Source: Podarcis erhardii (lineage: Eukaryota). Taken from it: DNA of 64,000 nucleotides. The notes under the pieces are model-generated. The model was not told the DNA's origin. It worked only from the letters and a program-made list of their open reading frames with translations, and did not search any database. The position numbers and the translations under genes were made by a program. The stretch lies in assembly GCA_964252035.1 (NCBI GenBank), contig OZ176205.1. The stretch is one strand, 5' to 3'. Shown here one piece after another: positions 1-27,655 of the stretch; position 1 is the stretch's first letter; each line of letters begins with the position of its first letter.

Positions 1-130
1 GATCTGATGCCCATGTGGATCCTGCCACCTGAGGCAGCTGCCTCATCTTGCCTCTTGGGTGGGATGGCCCTGCCACCATTGGCTGTTCTGTCTGGGACTG
101 GTGGAAACTGTGGTCTAAAACATCTGCACT

Positions 131-278
131 GTATTTCAGTACTGTCCATGCTGACTAGAGATGGCTTTCCAGGGTTTCAGACAGGGTTACTCCCAGCTCT
201 ACCTAGAGACCCTGAGGATTGAATTTGAGATCTTTTGCACATAAATAACATGTTCTGCCACTGAGCTATGACTCTCCC
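131..278 (-). mobile_element. tRNA-derived squamate SINE (Squam2-like), degenerate
   Basis: Reverse strand reads ATAGCTCAGTGGCAGAAC (A box) ... TTCAATCC (B box) ... CTGAAACCCTGGAAAGCC body. Confidence 0.65.
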
Positions 279-537
279 TCAGGTAGCCTGCCTGATATCT
301 GGTTTCTGTGCAGGTCCAACTGTCATCAACATCAAATACACTTACAGGTTCCTGATAGGCAGTTTTGGGATTTAAAGGAAAATGCCATTTTATTTTAATT
401 AGTGTGTATTTATGTGTACCTAGAATATCTTCCAAGTATGTAGAAGCCATTACCTTATTTTTGGCTTCCCCATTTCACTTCCACACTGATAAGTGCTCAA
501 CCACATAAGGGAACCAGCAACAAAATGTTTCAGTGTA

Positions 538-779
538 CAGTGGTACCTCGGATTAAGTACTTAATTCGTTCCGGAGGTCCGTACTTAACCTGAAACTGTT
601 CTTAACCTGAAGCACTACCTTAGCTAATGGGGCCTCCTGCTTTTGCCGTGCCACCGGAGCACAATTTCTGTTCTCATCCTGAAGCAAAGTTCTTAACCTG
701 AAGCACTATTTATGGGTTAGCGGAGTCTGTAACCTGAAGCGTATGTAACCTGAAGTGTATGTAACCCGAGGTACCACTG
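538..779. mobile_element. Tc1/mariner (Tigger/pogo-like) MITE
   Basis: TIRs CAGTGGTACCTCGG / CCGAGGTACCACTG, TA target duplication (536-537, 780-781), internal TAACCTGAAG repeats. Confidence 0.9.
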
Positions 780-809
780 TATCTTCACCTCCATGTCACC
801 AAGGTTAGC

Positions 810-990
810 TGGCCCTCAAGTGACAATGCTGGATCCAGGACTCCCCAAAGACCTCATCCACAACAGACTGCATACTCACTTCCTGAACATGGGAACCACC
901 TACCTGCAGTACATCCGTCTTGTCAGGATCCAGCCTTGGTTTATTGGCCTTCATTGAGCCCATTACCAAACCCAGGCACCAGTCCAGCAC
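810..990 (-). mobile_element. L2/CR1-group LINE ORF2 fragment
   Basis: Translation MKANKPRLDPDKTD resembles the WMxxNKLKLNPDKTE motif at the end of the L2 RT domain. Confidence 0.7.
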
Positions 991-2986
991 CTACGTAGCC
1001 TCACATGACTCAGATGACAAACAGACCTGTGTTTCAATGATACACTGATGACAGCTCACTCCAAATCTTCTGATGACCTTACTTAGCAGTTTCATCTACA
1101 TGTTGAAGAGCATGGGAGTCACGATGAATAATACATTGCAGGACTTCACAGCACAGCTGTTGGGGCTCAAGCAGAAGTCCCCCAATGTTACTTTCTAAAA
1201 ATGACTCAGGAAGTAGGAATTATGTTATCATATCAGCATGCCTGCAACTCCCATTACACAGAATTGATCCAGCAAGATACCATGATTGATAGCATCAAAA
1301 ACCTTGGAGAGATCCAGGAGAATCAGCAGGTTTTGTTCTCCCTATCTCTCTCCATACACCATCAGAGGACCAAGGGTTGTTTCAGTTCCAGCCAGCCCTG
1401 AACATGGATGAAACAGGCCACCATCTTCTCAGGCACCTTGTCCCTAAAAGGGGATATCAGTGACTAGGTGATAGTTGTTAGTCTCGTGAATCCAAATAGG
1501 GCTTCTTAAGGAACAGCTATGCTACAGCTCCCAGCACCTTCACACAAAGAAGAATCCATGACCACATGAACCCAGTCAATCCCCTCCAGATAGTTCCGAT
1601 CAAGAGCAATCCTGTTTTGAACTAGGTAAAATAGTTTATTATAACAGTTTATTTGCAGTTGTTATGTGAATATTTAAACTGAATGTATTCTGGTTTAACT
1701 GCAATAAGGCACCAGGACTAGGGTGGTAATCTGAAATCCAAGTTTTGAGGAGGGACTGAAAAGGAAATCAACAATAGTAGTTGCATTCCAAGAATAAGGG
1801 GCAACAAGGAAAAATGGCTAGCATCATTTAAGGGAACTGGAGACCTTTGGACAGCTGCTGGTGGGTATAAATGTATAGGACTGCTTGTACTATTTATTTT
1901 ATTTTTAAGAAAGCAGTGCCCCCATGCCATATGGCATATTGCTTTTGAAACTGAAGGGAATGATAACAACCAGCTTTTTTATTATGATGCAGAGTTCAAA
2001 GGCAAAAAGGAGAGAGTAGAACATTCTTCTGACTGCAGAAACTCTCTTGTATGACCCAAGCAGCTCTTTGAATCCTGGCCTAAGATTTATTTTTTTAATA
2101 GGACTATTCAAAGCAGATACGAAGTGGTGTTTCTAAAAATGTTATAAAGTGACCCAGAAATTTGGGGTGGGGGTGCCGAGGAAGTTAATATTGTTCTTCA
2201 GTACCTTGGAGCACGTTGTTTCCGACGCCTGTTCCAAATTGTTGGTATCCTGGGAATCTTCCTTTGATCCCAATGGTGGCAGCTATTGGTTAACTTGACA
2301 TCTGCAAATCACTACTGGAATGAAAACTGCTAGGCTTTGCACATTCATATTTCGTTCATATGCTAGGCAATGAAGCTGGTTTCATTGTTTTCTGTGTTTG
2401 CGGTTTTACTGGTAGCAGTGGATGAGCATTTTTGTCCTTTGTGCAGCCTCCTCTTCTTGAAATCATAAAATAATGCAACATCACTGTTTGTAGATTCTGA
2501 TGAGAAAATAAAAAGGGGTAAGATGGTGTGGTGATGTGTGATGACTTCCACATATGGATGTGGAAAAAGTAATTCAGTTAACAAGATCAAGGAAGATGTT
2601 TTGGAACAATGTGCTCCTTTTTCTAATTTATGTGCTGCAAGTTTGCAGTGAAATGGAAACTGGCAGCTATTGTCCAGGACATGCTGTTAAGGACTTTTTT
2701 TCTTTCTTTTTTAAAAGTAGACATATGTATAATGACTGGACAACTACCACAACCTAAACCCTGAAATAAAGTAAAACTCAATGAGAAATGTAATGTTGAA
2801 TATAAAATTCAGCTCTGTGAAGCCTTTGAAAAGTTCAAGAGATCACATGGAAATTGTACAAAGCAGCCAGCAAGCTTCAAAAAAAAGTGACCAGACTGGT
2901 GGAGTGATGGGGAATTAATGATTTTGAGGCAACTCTGTCCACTTGCTGACATAAGCTCTATTTCTACAGCCTTGCATGGTATAATG

Positions 2987-3093
2987 CAAGGATCAGGAAC
3001 ATGCAGACCTCCAGATGTTGCTGGATTAAATCTTCCAGCATCCTTGATCATTAGCAACGCTGGCTGGGGACTGGATTCCAACAGGTTCCCCAT
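2987..3093. mobile_element. Degenerate palindromic lizard MITE (CCTCCAGATGTTGCTGG family)
   Basis: Same motif family as the copies at 20236, 30573 and 39843. Confidence 0.45.
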
Positions 3094-3267
3094 TAACAAA
3101 ATGTCAGTCATGCTCAGTAACTCCCTAGTCTACCCTGCCTGGTGCTTTTCTTCTTAGATGTATCTTTGAGTGTTTGTCTAAAATGCCATTTTGTCGTTGG
3201 CTCATATGGATCTGCCCTGTTTATGGCTTGAAGATAATACCTGGTGTCCAAGGTCTTTGTTCTAGAG

Positions 3268-3503
3268 CAGGCATGTTCGACACGTATATTGTGATCTACT
3301 GGTAGATTGCGGGGTGTTCCTGGTAGATCCTGGTAGATCTTTGGCCCCTCAGTGATTTCCTCCTCCCCCCAAGAAGGAGAAAAACAACAACTGTGGTTCC
3401 TAAAAAGCTCAAGAACTTTGGCTTCCTAAAGAAAGCTCAGCAACTTTGGTCCATTCAACGACAATGAGTAGATCACTTTGGCTTGGAGCCAATTTGATTC
3501 CCT

Positions 3504-3535
<32 letters not shown>

Positions 3536-3711
3536 TTTCTTTTCCTTCTCCTCCTGCGATGAGGCGACATTTTAATATTTTAATGTTCCATTATTTTAAT
3601 GTTGTATTTTATTTTTGTTTTTAAGTTGTAATCATTCTTCTTGTTTTTATTATTGTTTGTAAGCCGCTCTGAGCCCGGCCTTGGCTGGGGAGGGCGGGGT
3701 ATAAATAAAAA

Positions 3712-3743
<32 letters not shown>

Positions 3744-3803
3744 CACTGCCAGTTTTTTTATACTGTAAGTAGATTGCAGCCTATTGGGAGTTGGACGTCC
3801 CTG
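3268..3803. mobile_element. hAT (Charlie-like) MITE interrupted by a retroelement
   Basis: CAGG...CCTG ends, 8-bp TSD TTCTAGAG/CTCTAGAG; homologous to the uninterrupted copy at 60950-61174 in the opposite orientation. Confidence 0.8.
3478..3741 (+). mobile_element. 5'-truncated L2-type LINE 3' end with (TC)n and (ATT)n tail, nested in the MITE
   Basis: TGTAAGCCGCTCTGAG...GGGCGGGGTATAAAT tail, (ATT)n end, 6-bp TSD ATCACT at 3472-3477 and 3742-3747. Confidence 0.8.
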
Positions 3804-4846
3804 CTCTAGAGAGTATCCCCCCCATATATTTTGATCCCATCCCTATTCCCACATAAGATCAACAACATTCTGTAGCTTGACTGTGGATTAGACATGAGCT
3901 ACTCCTGAATTGTGGAGGATTACAACTTTTTACTCTGGTCAACAGAGTGTGGTTTGCCTGAATATTTTTTTATATTTCAATGTGCTTTAAGAATAAAGTG
4001 ATTTTGAAAAGTGAAAGAAAGAAATGAGGAAATGGGGTAGGGTTCCTAATTAAGTAACTATCCTTACCTATTTTTTTACAAACTTGTAATTCAGGTCTTG
4101 TTATATCTGCACACATTGCCAGGTGTTCAGGCAGTGTTATTTGCCAGAAGTGCTTGTTCTCACTTGTGTTGAAACAAGAATACTGGTACGTTTTGTTTCA
4201 CATGTCGATCCTTTCTGTGAAGATCTATTTCTGTTATTGGTGTGCTATTGAACTGTTGCAATAGGCTTTACTTCCTACAGGATGACCATTTGACTGCATC
4301 TTGATGTTATTATGTATAGCTGACATGTCCTCTTCCCCCTGAAGTACTATGCAAGCTATAGCTTGAGGAACAACCCACAAGAAGGGTTAAAATGGTAAAT
4401 CAAGAGAAGGAGAGCACCCAACGCATGCATTCTGCAGATGTCAGAGCACATAGTCTCTTACTTTTTAAAGACTGTGCAGAAAAATAGCTTATGATTATTT
4501 AAGTTTATGATTTTAAAAATATATATATATTTGGTTATATCCTCCATGTGCACACATGCAGAATGTTATGTTTTTATTTTCCTTTTTTAAAAAATTGGTT
4601 TTGACTGTCAAAATCTTCAGCAAGAAGTATATAGCCCTGATTATTATTTTTTACTATCAACTGCATTACCACAATAATGTGTTTATGTGCATGCAAACAC
4701 ATCCATGCAAGGGCACCCAACTAGCACCCAACAGCAGCAATTGTATCAGTGTTGTCTCTGTCCCTCTACTTGTACATACAGGCATTACATCAGCACACCT
4801 GTTCTGTAAGAGGAAGTTTTGCCTGCTGTACTCTCATCACTTAGAA

Positions 4847-5091
4847 CTTTTTTCAGCCCAGGGCCGGTCCACTGTCCCTCAGACCTTGTGGGGGGTCCGG
4901 ACTATATTTTGAAGGGGGAAAAAATGAATGAATTCCTATGCCCCACAAATAACCCACCCCACACCACAAATGCATTTTAAATAAAAGGGCACATTCTACT
5001 CATGTAAAAACACGCTGATTCCCGGGCTGTGTGTGGGCCAGATTTAGAAGGCGATTCAGCTGGATCCGGCTCCCGGGCCTTACTACCCATG
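4847..5091 (-). mobile_element. hAT-type MITE (GGCCCGGGAGCCGGATCC family), one terminus eroded
   Basis: Recognisable hAT MITE body; flanking 8-mer ACTTAGAA at 4839-4846 and 5092-5099. Confidence 0.65.
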
Positions 5092-6539
5092 ACTTAGAAC
5101 CTCTAAGTATTAACCTTACTGAGTCTGGCAGAGGGGGCAAGAGCAGCCTCATCTGCTGAGAGACCTTCTGCTATTCTAGAGCAGCTAGCAGGAAGAAAGT
5201 AAATGATAGCTCCATTAGCTTATTGAGCTGCCATAAGTCTTTTTAGCAGCCAGAAGATCCTACATCTATTTGTCACCTATGTAACACATACATGACAAAT
5301 ATGAAATGTTGGATCAAATAATAGACTTCATAAATCAGATTATTAATGTCTAGTGAATCTACCATCTGCTATACTGAAGAGGTTATCAATATTGTCAAAT
5401 TGCCCCTGCCTTTTCAGGCATGTACTATTTGGACAGGCCTTCACAATATGAATTTATCTTTTTAGCCAACAAGTTTCCCCCACATTTTAAATTATTTGAT
5501 ACGTATTTATGGGCTGATTTTATCATATCAGTTGTAAGTTGTCTTGATGTACTTCATGTGGACTATAAATTCCTGTATGTAATTATGCATGTGGGTACAT
5601 GAATGCATACAAAGAGTTTTGTGAATAGAGCTTTTTTCCAGCTATTATTAAAAGCAAAGTTGCTATCATAGAAATGGCTGTCAGCACCTTACATGCATAG
5701 CCCGCTCATGTATCCACATTCAGAAGCATGTTGAGTAGTTGAGCTGCATGGCCAGAAAATGGTGAAGAGGTTATTCCAGCAAATAATATAAAATTCAAAT
5801 ACTCCCCTCCTTTTCTGAAGAAAAAAAAATAAGTATGTGCTATAGAATTTTCAGAAAAGAGATATATGTTCAAAATGTTTCTATTGTATAGAAAACATAT
5901 ATTTGGAGACAGTGCGAATAGAGAACCAATGATAACTTTGAAAAGTAAAACAATGCAACAGCTCACATGTGGCACTTCTTAAACTCTGACTCCTGGCTAC
6001 TTATCTGTTTAAGAGTGGCACTCATCATGTGCCCCTTTTCCAATGGGTAATGATGTTAACAAAATAATAGTGCTTAAATGCCATAAACATTGCTTCTTGA
6101 CTTTTTATGGTTGTCATGACAGGGCAATTGGAATGTTAGTCCTTACCCCCAATTTTCTTCCAAAATGGGTTTTGATGAAGTATACTCTCCATAGTACTCT
6201 GGCTGCAGCCCATATAAAGCTGTTTCTGTATATTGCTGGCATAAAACTGTGGTCACTTATCTTGGCCTAGGAAGCAAGACAGGGTTGGAAAAACTTGTTT
6301 TCTACATAGTGTTGGATTAAGGGAGTGCTTGCCTGCATACCTGCCTTCAAACTTCTGTCCCTTTAAGAGAAGCAAACTGCATATGTATAAATATGCATTA
6401 TTTAAAATCCAATGGATAGTTTCCTAATGGATAAACAACTTGGGGGTGGCAGCAATGGAGTGGGGGAAAAGATGAAGGGAGTTTAACTCCTTCTATCCCT
6501 ATCCACTATTATCTTCCCAAGCAGCGTGTATCTCACATC

Positions 6540-6720
6540 GCCACCTGCATTTTGGACCAGCTGCATTTTCTGGATGGTCTTCAATGGCAGCCCCATGTAG
6601 TCTACACCATAGCAGCCTAATGTGGAGCATGAAATGTTGGTCTGGTTTCTCCTCCCATGTGTGCAGCTAGTGTATAAGGCAAAACTGGTAAAAAGCGTTC
6701 TTTGGCAACTGTTGCAATCT
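6540..6720 (-). mobile_element. L2 LINE fragment
   Basis: GTCTTCAATGGCAGCCCCATGTAG is the reverse complement of the L2 3' ORF2 motif seen at 48160. Confidence 0.5.
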
Positions 6721-7204
6721 AGCCATTTAGAAATTGGGCTAGATCCAGATTGAAAACAGGCTGTTGCAGGAAGTCCAGCCCTGCCCAGAACAGGCTGTAC
6801 ACCTTATTCCTGTCCAAAAGCGTCTCTCTTTTGTATGGATTTAGCTTCTTAGTAAGTGAAATGATAAATACATACAAGCCACCATGTGCTAACACTCCAC
6901 ATCTGCTAGCAAGTGACTCTCCCAAGGCAAAATTACTTCATTCAAGCCAGGGAAGTAATTTCAACTACAAGAATGTGGGAATCAGAGGCCATTAGCTTGG
7001 TCCCTTGTAGCAGATATTAGGCTTCTTTGAAGCTTTTGCAGACGGCCAATCTCTTCTCATTTTCCCTCTTAACAATTTATGTGAAGGCTTAATCAGGACG
7101 CAGGTTTTACTGTGGTGATATAGCGGGCTAGAAGAAGGAATGGGGGAAATATTAGAAGAATCTGAGATGGAGCTCATCTGCATATGTGTGGTTCGTTCCA
7201 GAGC

Positions 7205-7310
7205 TAATGTGGTTTAGTGGTTAGAGGGTTTGAACAGGACTGAACAGGCCATGCCACTTCCTATCTCTCAGCCTAACTTACATAGCAGGTTTGTTGTTAG
7301 GATAAAATAG
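7205..7310 (+). mobile_element. Old tRNA/CORE (MIR-like) SINE remnant
   Basis: GTGGTTTAGTGGTTAGAG head and CTCAGCCTAAC...GTTGTTAGGATAAAATAG tail. Confidence 0.45.
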
Positions 7311-7647
7311 GGAAATGTACCGTGCACGATACCTTGTTTTCCTTGGAGTAAAGCTGTGATATAAACAGAATAACACTTCTATGTGGATATGAGGCCTTAA
7401 TGTTTTATAAGACATGTTTTCAGGCTTCCAACCTCACTGGAAATGTAAATGCACAGTTTGAATTTACTGGGAGGCAGAGGACTCAATGACCCTACTTTAT
7501 TCTCTACTGGGATAGAAACTACAGGGATCTAGTACTTGAGTACTTACAGAGGGAGAGGGAGAGAGAGAGAACCACCACCTTTTTATATATATCCTTTTTA
7601 TATATATCAACCAAGTGAGGTCATATTTCTTTTTTTTCCTTACAAAG

Positions 7648-7706
7648 GTGAAGCCTGGACACATCCATTTTTGCACACTGCTGCTGCTAGATCATAGAAA
7701 GTAGCC

Positions 7707-7733
<27 letters not shown>
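7648..7733 (+). CDS. NEXN: NEXN first coding exon (5'UTR 7648-7706, ATG 7707, MNDVAQKTE)
   Basis: Polypyrimidine tract plus AG at 7646-7647, GCCATG start, donor GTATGT at 7734; matches the nexilin N-terminus. Confidence 0.92.
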
Positions 7734-23014
<15,281 letters not shown>

Positions 23015-23663
23015 TATCCTACTTTTTCTGGAGCCTTCCTTCCCTAAATTTACTACATCCATCTTTCTTTCTCTCTCCTGTGGTGGGGCCAACAAGAAGT
23101 TGTCTATCATTCCTCAAATAAGATACCCAATTGCCAGATTTATCTCTTGGTTTCAGACTGAAGTTTGGCAACAGAAGTTTGGTTCATTTGACAAACAATG
23201 GCTCAATTTCCACTTGTAAACAGCACTGTGGCTGCTTGTTAATGCCACTGAATTGCTTCTGTGACAAGGAGATTCTTATCAGGAAAACCAAGCTGTTCAT
23301 ATGAAACAGCTTGTCATATGATCCCATCAAGTCTTCACCATGTTAATCAAAATGCACGATTGTCTTGAATGTGATCGGCTACTTCATGTAAGGTTACCCT
23401 AAGTAGCAGACTACTTAATGTTAGTTTTCATATAGAAAATTCAGCCTAAACCATATACACACACAGTATTAAATCAAATCAAATCAAATCCAAAGACCAC
23501 TTAATTCGTACTACATAAAAAATGATCTTTATTTCTTTGGTCCTGGAAGCTTTGAGAGCAAAAAGTATATTTTTTTGGTTAAACTATTAAGTAGCCAAAA
23601 ATAATGTAGTGGTTTATTTAAGTTATGCCTTTGTTTAATGCAACTTTTCCTTTAATATGCTTT

Positions 23664-23755
23664 AATAAAATTAAACCAAGATTATATTGGCTTGAAAGCA
23701 GGATTATGTAACTAAATGTGTACACACAGTTGTATGTCATGTTCTTTGAAATAAA
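23664..23755 (+). terminator. Candidate NEXN polyadenylation signals (AATAAA at 23664 and 23750; another at 24188)
   Basis: Canonical hexamers 0.65-1.2 kb after the stop codon; which is used is unknown. Confidence 0.45.
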
Positions 23756-25751
23756 ACATTTGCATTTGTTTTGTATTAGATGGTAGGCATTGTCCAGCAT
23801 CTTGCTTGGAATACTGAACCAAATTTGTATCTTTCAGGTTGGAAGTGTTAGAATCATAGTGAATGATGTTTCAATTTACATCTCGTATTGTATAATTATT
23901 TACTGAATCATCTCACTCAGTATTTACCAGACACAATACAGAAATATGTATGTATAACAAGATATTACAGCCATGCTTTTTGCTACATGAGAAACAACCA
24001 ACAGAACTCCAATATAGACTAAAATGTGTGCTGGAATGGAGAGATATGGAAGAAATTTACATCTTCCATGGGATTTTGGCTTACTTTTATTGATCAGGAC
24101 AACTGATTTACATTTTATGCAGGAGATAACTGGGTCTCTTCCTTACGTTGTACCAAATGACTTATTCTGTACCTGAACTGGAAGGTTAATAAATATGTTC
24201 AGTTCCTAAAATTGAGTATGTTCTTTATTTAATACTTGGCACAGCTGCAAATACTGGAAGAAACGGCAACACTTCATCTTCCACTTGAAAGCTTTAAGTA
24301 CCTGCCCCTTACCCCCAAAAAACCCACAGGAGACAAATCACCCATTAGTTTACATTTATTGAGAACTTATACAAAAACATTACAATTAATGTGTATTCAT
24401 GAGTACATACAGTGTCAATATTGCAAGCTCAACACAACATACTGTAAAGCATTTGATTTACCTCACGTCCAAGCTGCATGTCCCTAAGATACTTCCCATC
24501 ACAGTAGCCTTTAAAAGACAATCTTCTTTTTTTTACACGGGTAGTTTCTGTAGCACTATCTTAGGACGAAAATGCATCTTGCATGCATATAAGATAAAGG
24601 TTGCATAAACACAGGACTTTCATAGGGTACTACCAGTAGGAAAGGAGTAGCTACTGTTTGCATTGTGTAGGGCCGAATGTTTTGCCTTATGAACTGCTAG
24701 TACACACAACAAAAATCGAAAAGTTCTTTCTACTGCCTAGATTATGAAAAGAAAGATTTCTCAGCAGCTGATGTAGTATTTTCAGAAAGGTGAATGATAT
24801 AGCCTACCTAGTTACTAAAAATAACTGCAATTTACACGAATCTAAAGATCACTTTTTTAAACTAGCAAAGCATATCCTATACAGCACACATACTGAGGGG
24901 TGATCTGTAAACATTGTTATTAGTTGAAATTAAGATCATCTTTCCAAACATTCATTACTCTCACTGCCTAACATTCTGTGACTGGGAAATTTGCACTTAT
25001 TTTCCCCCTGCCATAGCACAAGAACCGCTCAAGGAAAACGAGGCAACTATGTATATAAAGGTTCAAACTCAATGAATGGAATGGAATGCAAGGTTGCTGA
25101 CAGAAATCAGACAAAACTGAATACCAAAACTACACTTGGTGCAAGAAGATGCCTGTAGGTCCACCAGCAAATTGATAATGAAAATAAAAAAATGCTTAGT
25201 ATAAAGATTATCAAAGCAGATGCATAATCCCCTATGCCAACAATTTCATTCTAGTTTCTATTACATCCCTTCCCTTGAAATTTCAAGCTATGTTTATATT
25301 AAAAACTGAGCAGCGAAAACAAGCTGTTTTAAAATGGGGAAACAAAATCCAACAGAGATGAAGCTCTTCAGCACGTATCTAGTTCTCATATAATAATGAA
25401 ATCTGACATGTTGAACTACAACAAAATATGAAGTGGCTCGAGGGAATTCAAGTACAACTATTAATTTAGTTGTGAAATGCAAAACATTATCTATGCTTGA
25501 CTATTCAGCAAAGTGTAACTTGATAGATGGTTTGTATTATTACCACATAACAAATTATGGAACATTTATGGTCAAGCAAATAGCACTTTAAAGAATGAGA
25601 AGCGATTAAAACAGGCAAATTATACCCTACACCATTAAGTATGGGATACATTTAAAATCGGTATTGTTTTGCCAATTTTACCTTCTACATGGAGCCCTTC
25701 TATGGTCCATGCTCATCGGCTCATCATGGCCATACACTCAAAGGAATCCTC

Positions 25752-25757
25752 TTTATT
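25752..25757 (-). terminator. FUBP1 distal polyA signal AATAAA
   Basis: Directly follows the distal terminal exon. Confidence 0.6.
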
Positions 25758-25783
25758 GGAAGTAACTATCTCAGGACCTGATT

Positions 25784-25821
25784 TTATGAGCTATGATTTG
25801 GTGCTTGCAGCATCTTCAGCA
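25784..25821 (-). CDS. FUBP1: FUBP1 distal terminal exon (VLKMLQAPNHSS* after the 46-nt exon; SAEDAASTKS* in the other frame)
   Basis: ccttcattttcacacacag acceptor; AATAAA 27 nt after the stop at 25757-25752. Confidence 0.7.
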
Positions 25822-26642
25822 CTGTGTGTGAAAATGAAGGCAGGGTTTTTTGAATATTTTTCTTTGATGCAGAGAAAAGCAGGACTTTTGATAAAATCAA
25901 AGCATTTTATTAAGTGACAAACAAAAAACTGATGGTACTGCCTTAGCATCGTCTATCTAAACTGAAAAAAATGCACCAGTTAAGCTATCTAAATAAGCCA
26001 TATACAAAACATTTAAACTGGCAAAAATATACAGCGATTCAGCTGAAATAGCAAAGTAGGAAGGAGTTTCCTATAAAAAGGAAAGATTTGCTGAACTGTT
26101 AACATTTCACTGGTAATACATGCTTTCTACAACTATTCTGCAAAATTCAAGTCTAAATTTCCCTTCTTTATCAAATAAGCAAGCTAGGTTATGTTTTATG
26201 GTGTATAACTTAAAATCCGTTATTGCCTTGGGAATGAAACACACAGTATGCTTGAATAAGTAGTATTGGGTATAACATCCTTTGAACATTATAAAAGCAT
26301 TTGTGAAGGCTGTTGAAATTCTGACCAATATTTCCTGTATCTTGAAAAAATATTTTATATTCATTTGTAACAACTCTGTTATTGAGGGAAAAATAGTAAA
26401 AGTGACTTACTCAAAAATTATTGCAGCAATCCACTTATCTTTTAAAAATAAAGATACACATTTACCCAGAAATGTAAATAATTGTTTCAGACTTTCCATT
26501 GGAATGAAACCATGAAGAGCAGAATACATTTGGGGAAGATATTGGCAGATTGCTTTTGAATACACAAGCACAAAAAATTCTCACAGGGACAACATTAATA
26601 AACTGAAATATGTATTTATACACTTCCTTAGGTTGTGCTTAC

Positions 26643-26688
26643 CTGTGCTTTTTGCAGCAGAACCTAAGGTGGAAGGTCTGGGAAGGCA
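26643..26688 (-). CDS. FUBP1: FUBP1 distal alternative exon CLPRPSTLGSAAKST
   Basis: 46 nt, tttatacttcacag acceptor, CAG|GTAAGC donor; open in phase 0 after PPAPQ; resembles a recalled mammalian isoform tail. Confidence 0.75.
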
Positions 26689-27453
26689 CTGTGAAGTATA
26701 AATAATTGCACTGTTTGCAATTAATAAAGATTTTATACTTTAAATGAATCAAAATCAACAGCCTCCATTTGGTGAATGATAAAGAATCTGGTGAATTGTT
26801 GCTCTGTTTAGTTAGTAACTACACCATTTTCGAATAAGCTACAGACTAATCATGCAAAATATTTGATCTAGAGACTTTACAGCCTACACTAAATATATTT
26901 AATAACTTCCTAGTAGTCTTTTCAAAATTTAAATCCTAACCTAAATTGGGATAAAAATAATTCCCTCCTGATTCTACAGTACAACAAAATGCATTTCTAA
27001 TTATCTGTGCAGTAAAACTACTTCATTTCTGATCTCATTTTGTTCTTTTCTTGCAGCCATCCTAAGAGTATACTCCAAAACAACAAAATAGTTTTCCAAA
27101 AATAAGGCTAATAAAGGTTTAGAAATTAACATATACTTCTATCACCAAATAAATGCAGACAACTGAAGACAATACAACCTCCTCCTGACAAGCATTTCAA
27201 ACTTTTGTTTTTAACAATGCACAAGTTTTTATCTGAATATATCTCATTTTTGAACCCTAATGAACAATTATTACTTAGGTAAATGACAATTTCTTTTGCT
27301 AAAGCTAAATAGCTCAAGAATACTTACCATTAAGCTCATACACATACATTTATGAACACCTAGGTTTCTGAATTAAGAAGCAATTATGATTTGCTAAAAT
27401 ATCAGCACTGTATTTTATTCCAACATAATATTCACACAGGTATGGCATTTGCA

Positions 27454-27655
27454 NNNNNNNNNNNNNNNNNNNNNNNNNNNNNNNNNNNNNNNNNNNNNNN
27501 NNNNNNNNNNNNNNNNNNNNNNNNNNNNNNNNNNNNNNNNNNNNNNNNNNNNNNNNNNNNNNNNNNNNNNNNNNNNNNNNNNNNNNNNNNNNNNNNNNNN
27601 NNNNNNNNNNNNNNNNNNNNNNNNNNNNNNNNNNNNNNNNNNNNNNNNNNNNNNN
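27454..27655. other. Assembly gap (202 N)
   Basis: Run of N. Confidence 1.

Noticed and set aside
5642-5651. MEF2-like CTATTATTAA and other A/T-rich MEF2/CArG near-matches around NEXN
   Set aside because: Frequent by chance in AT-rich DNA; not supportable without conservation data.
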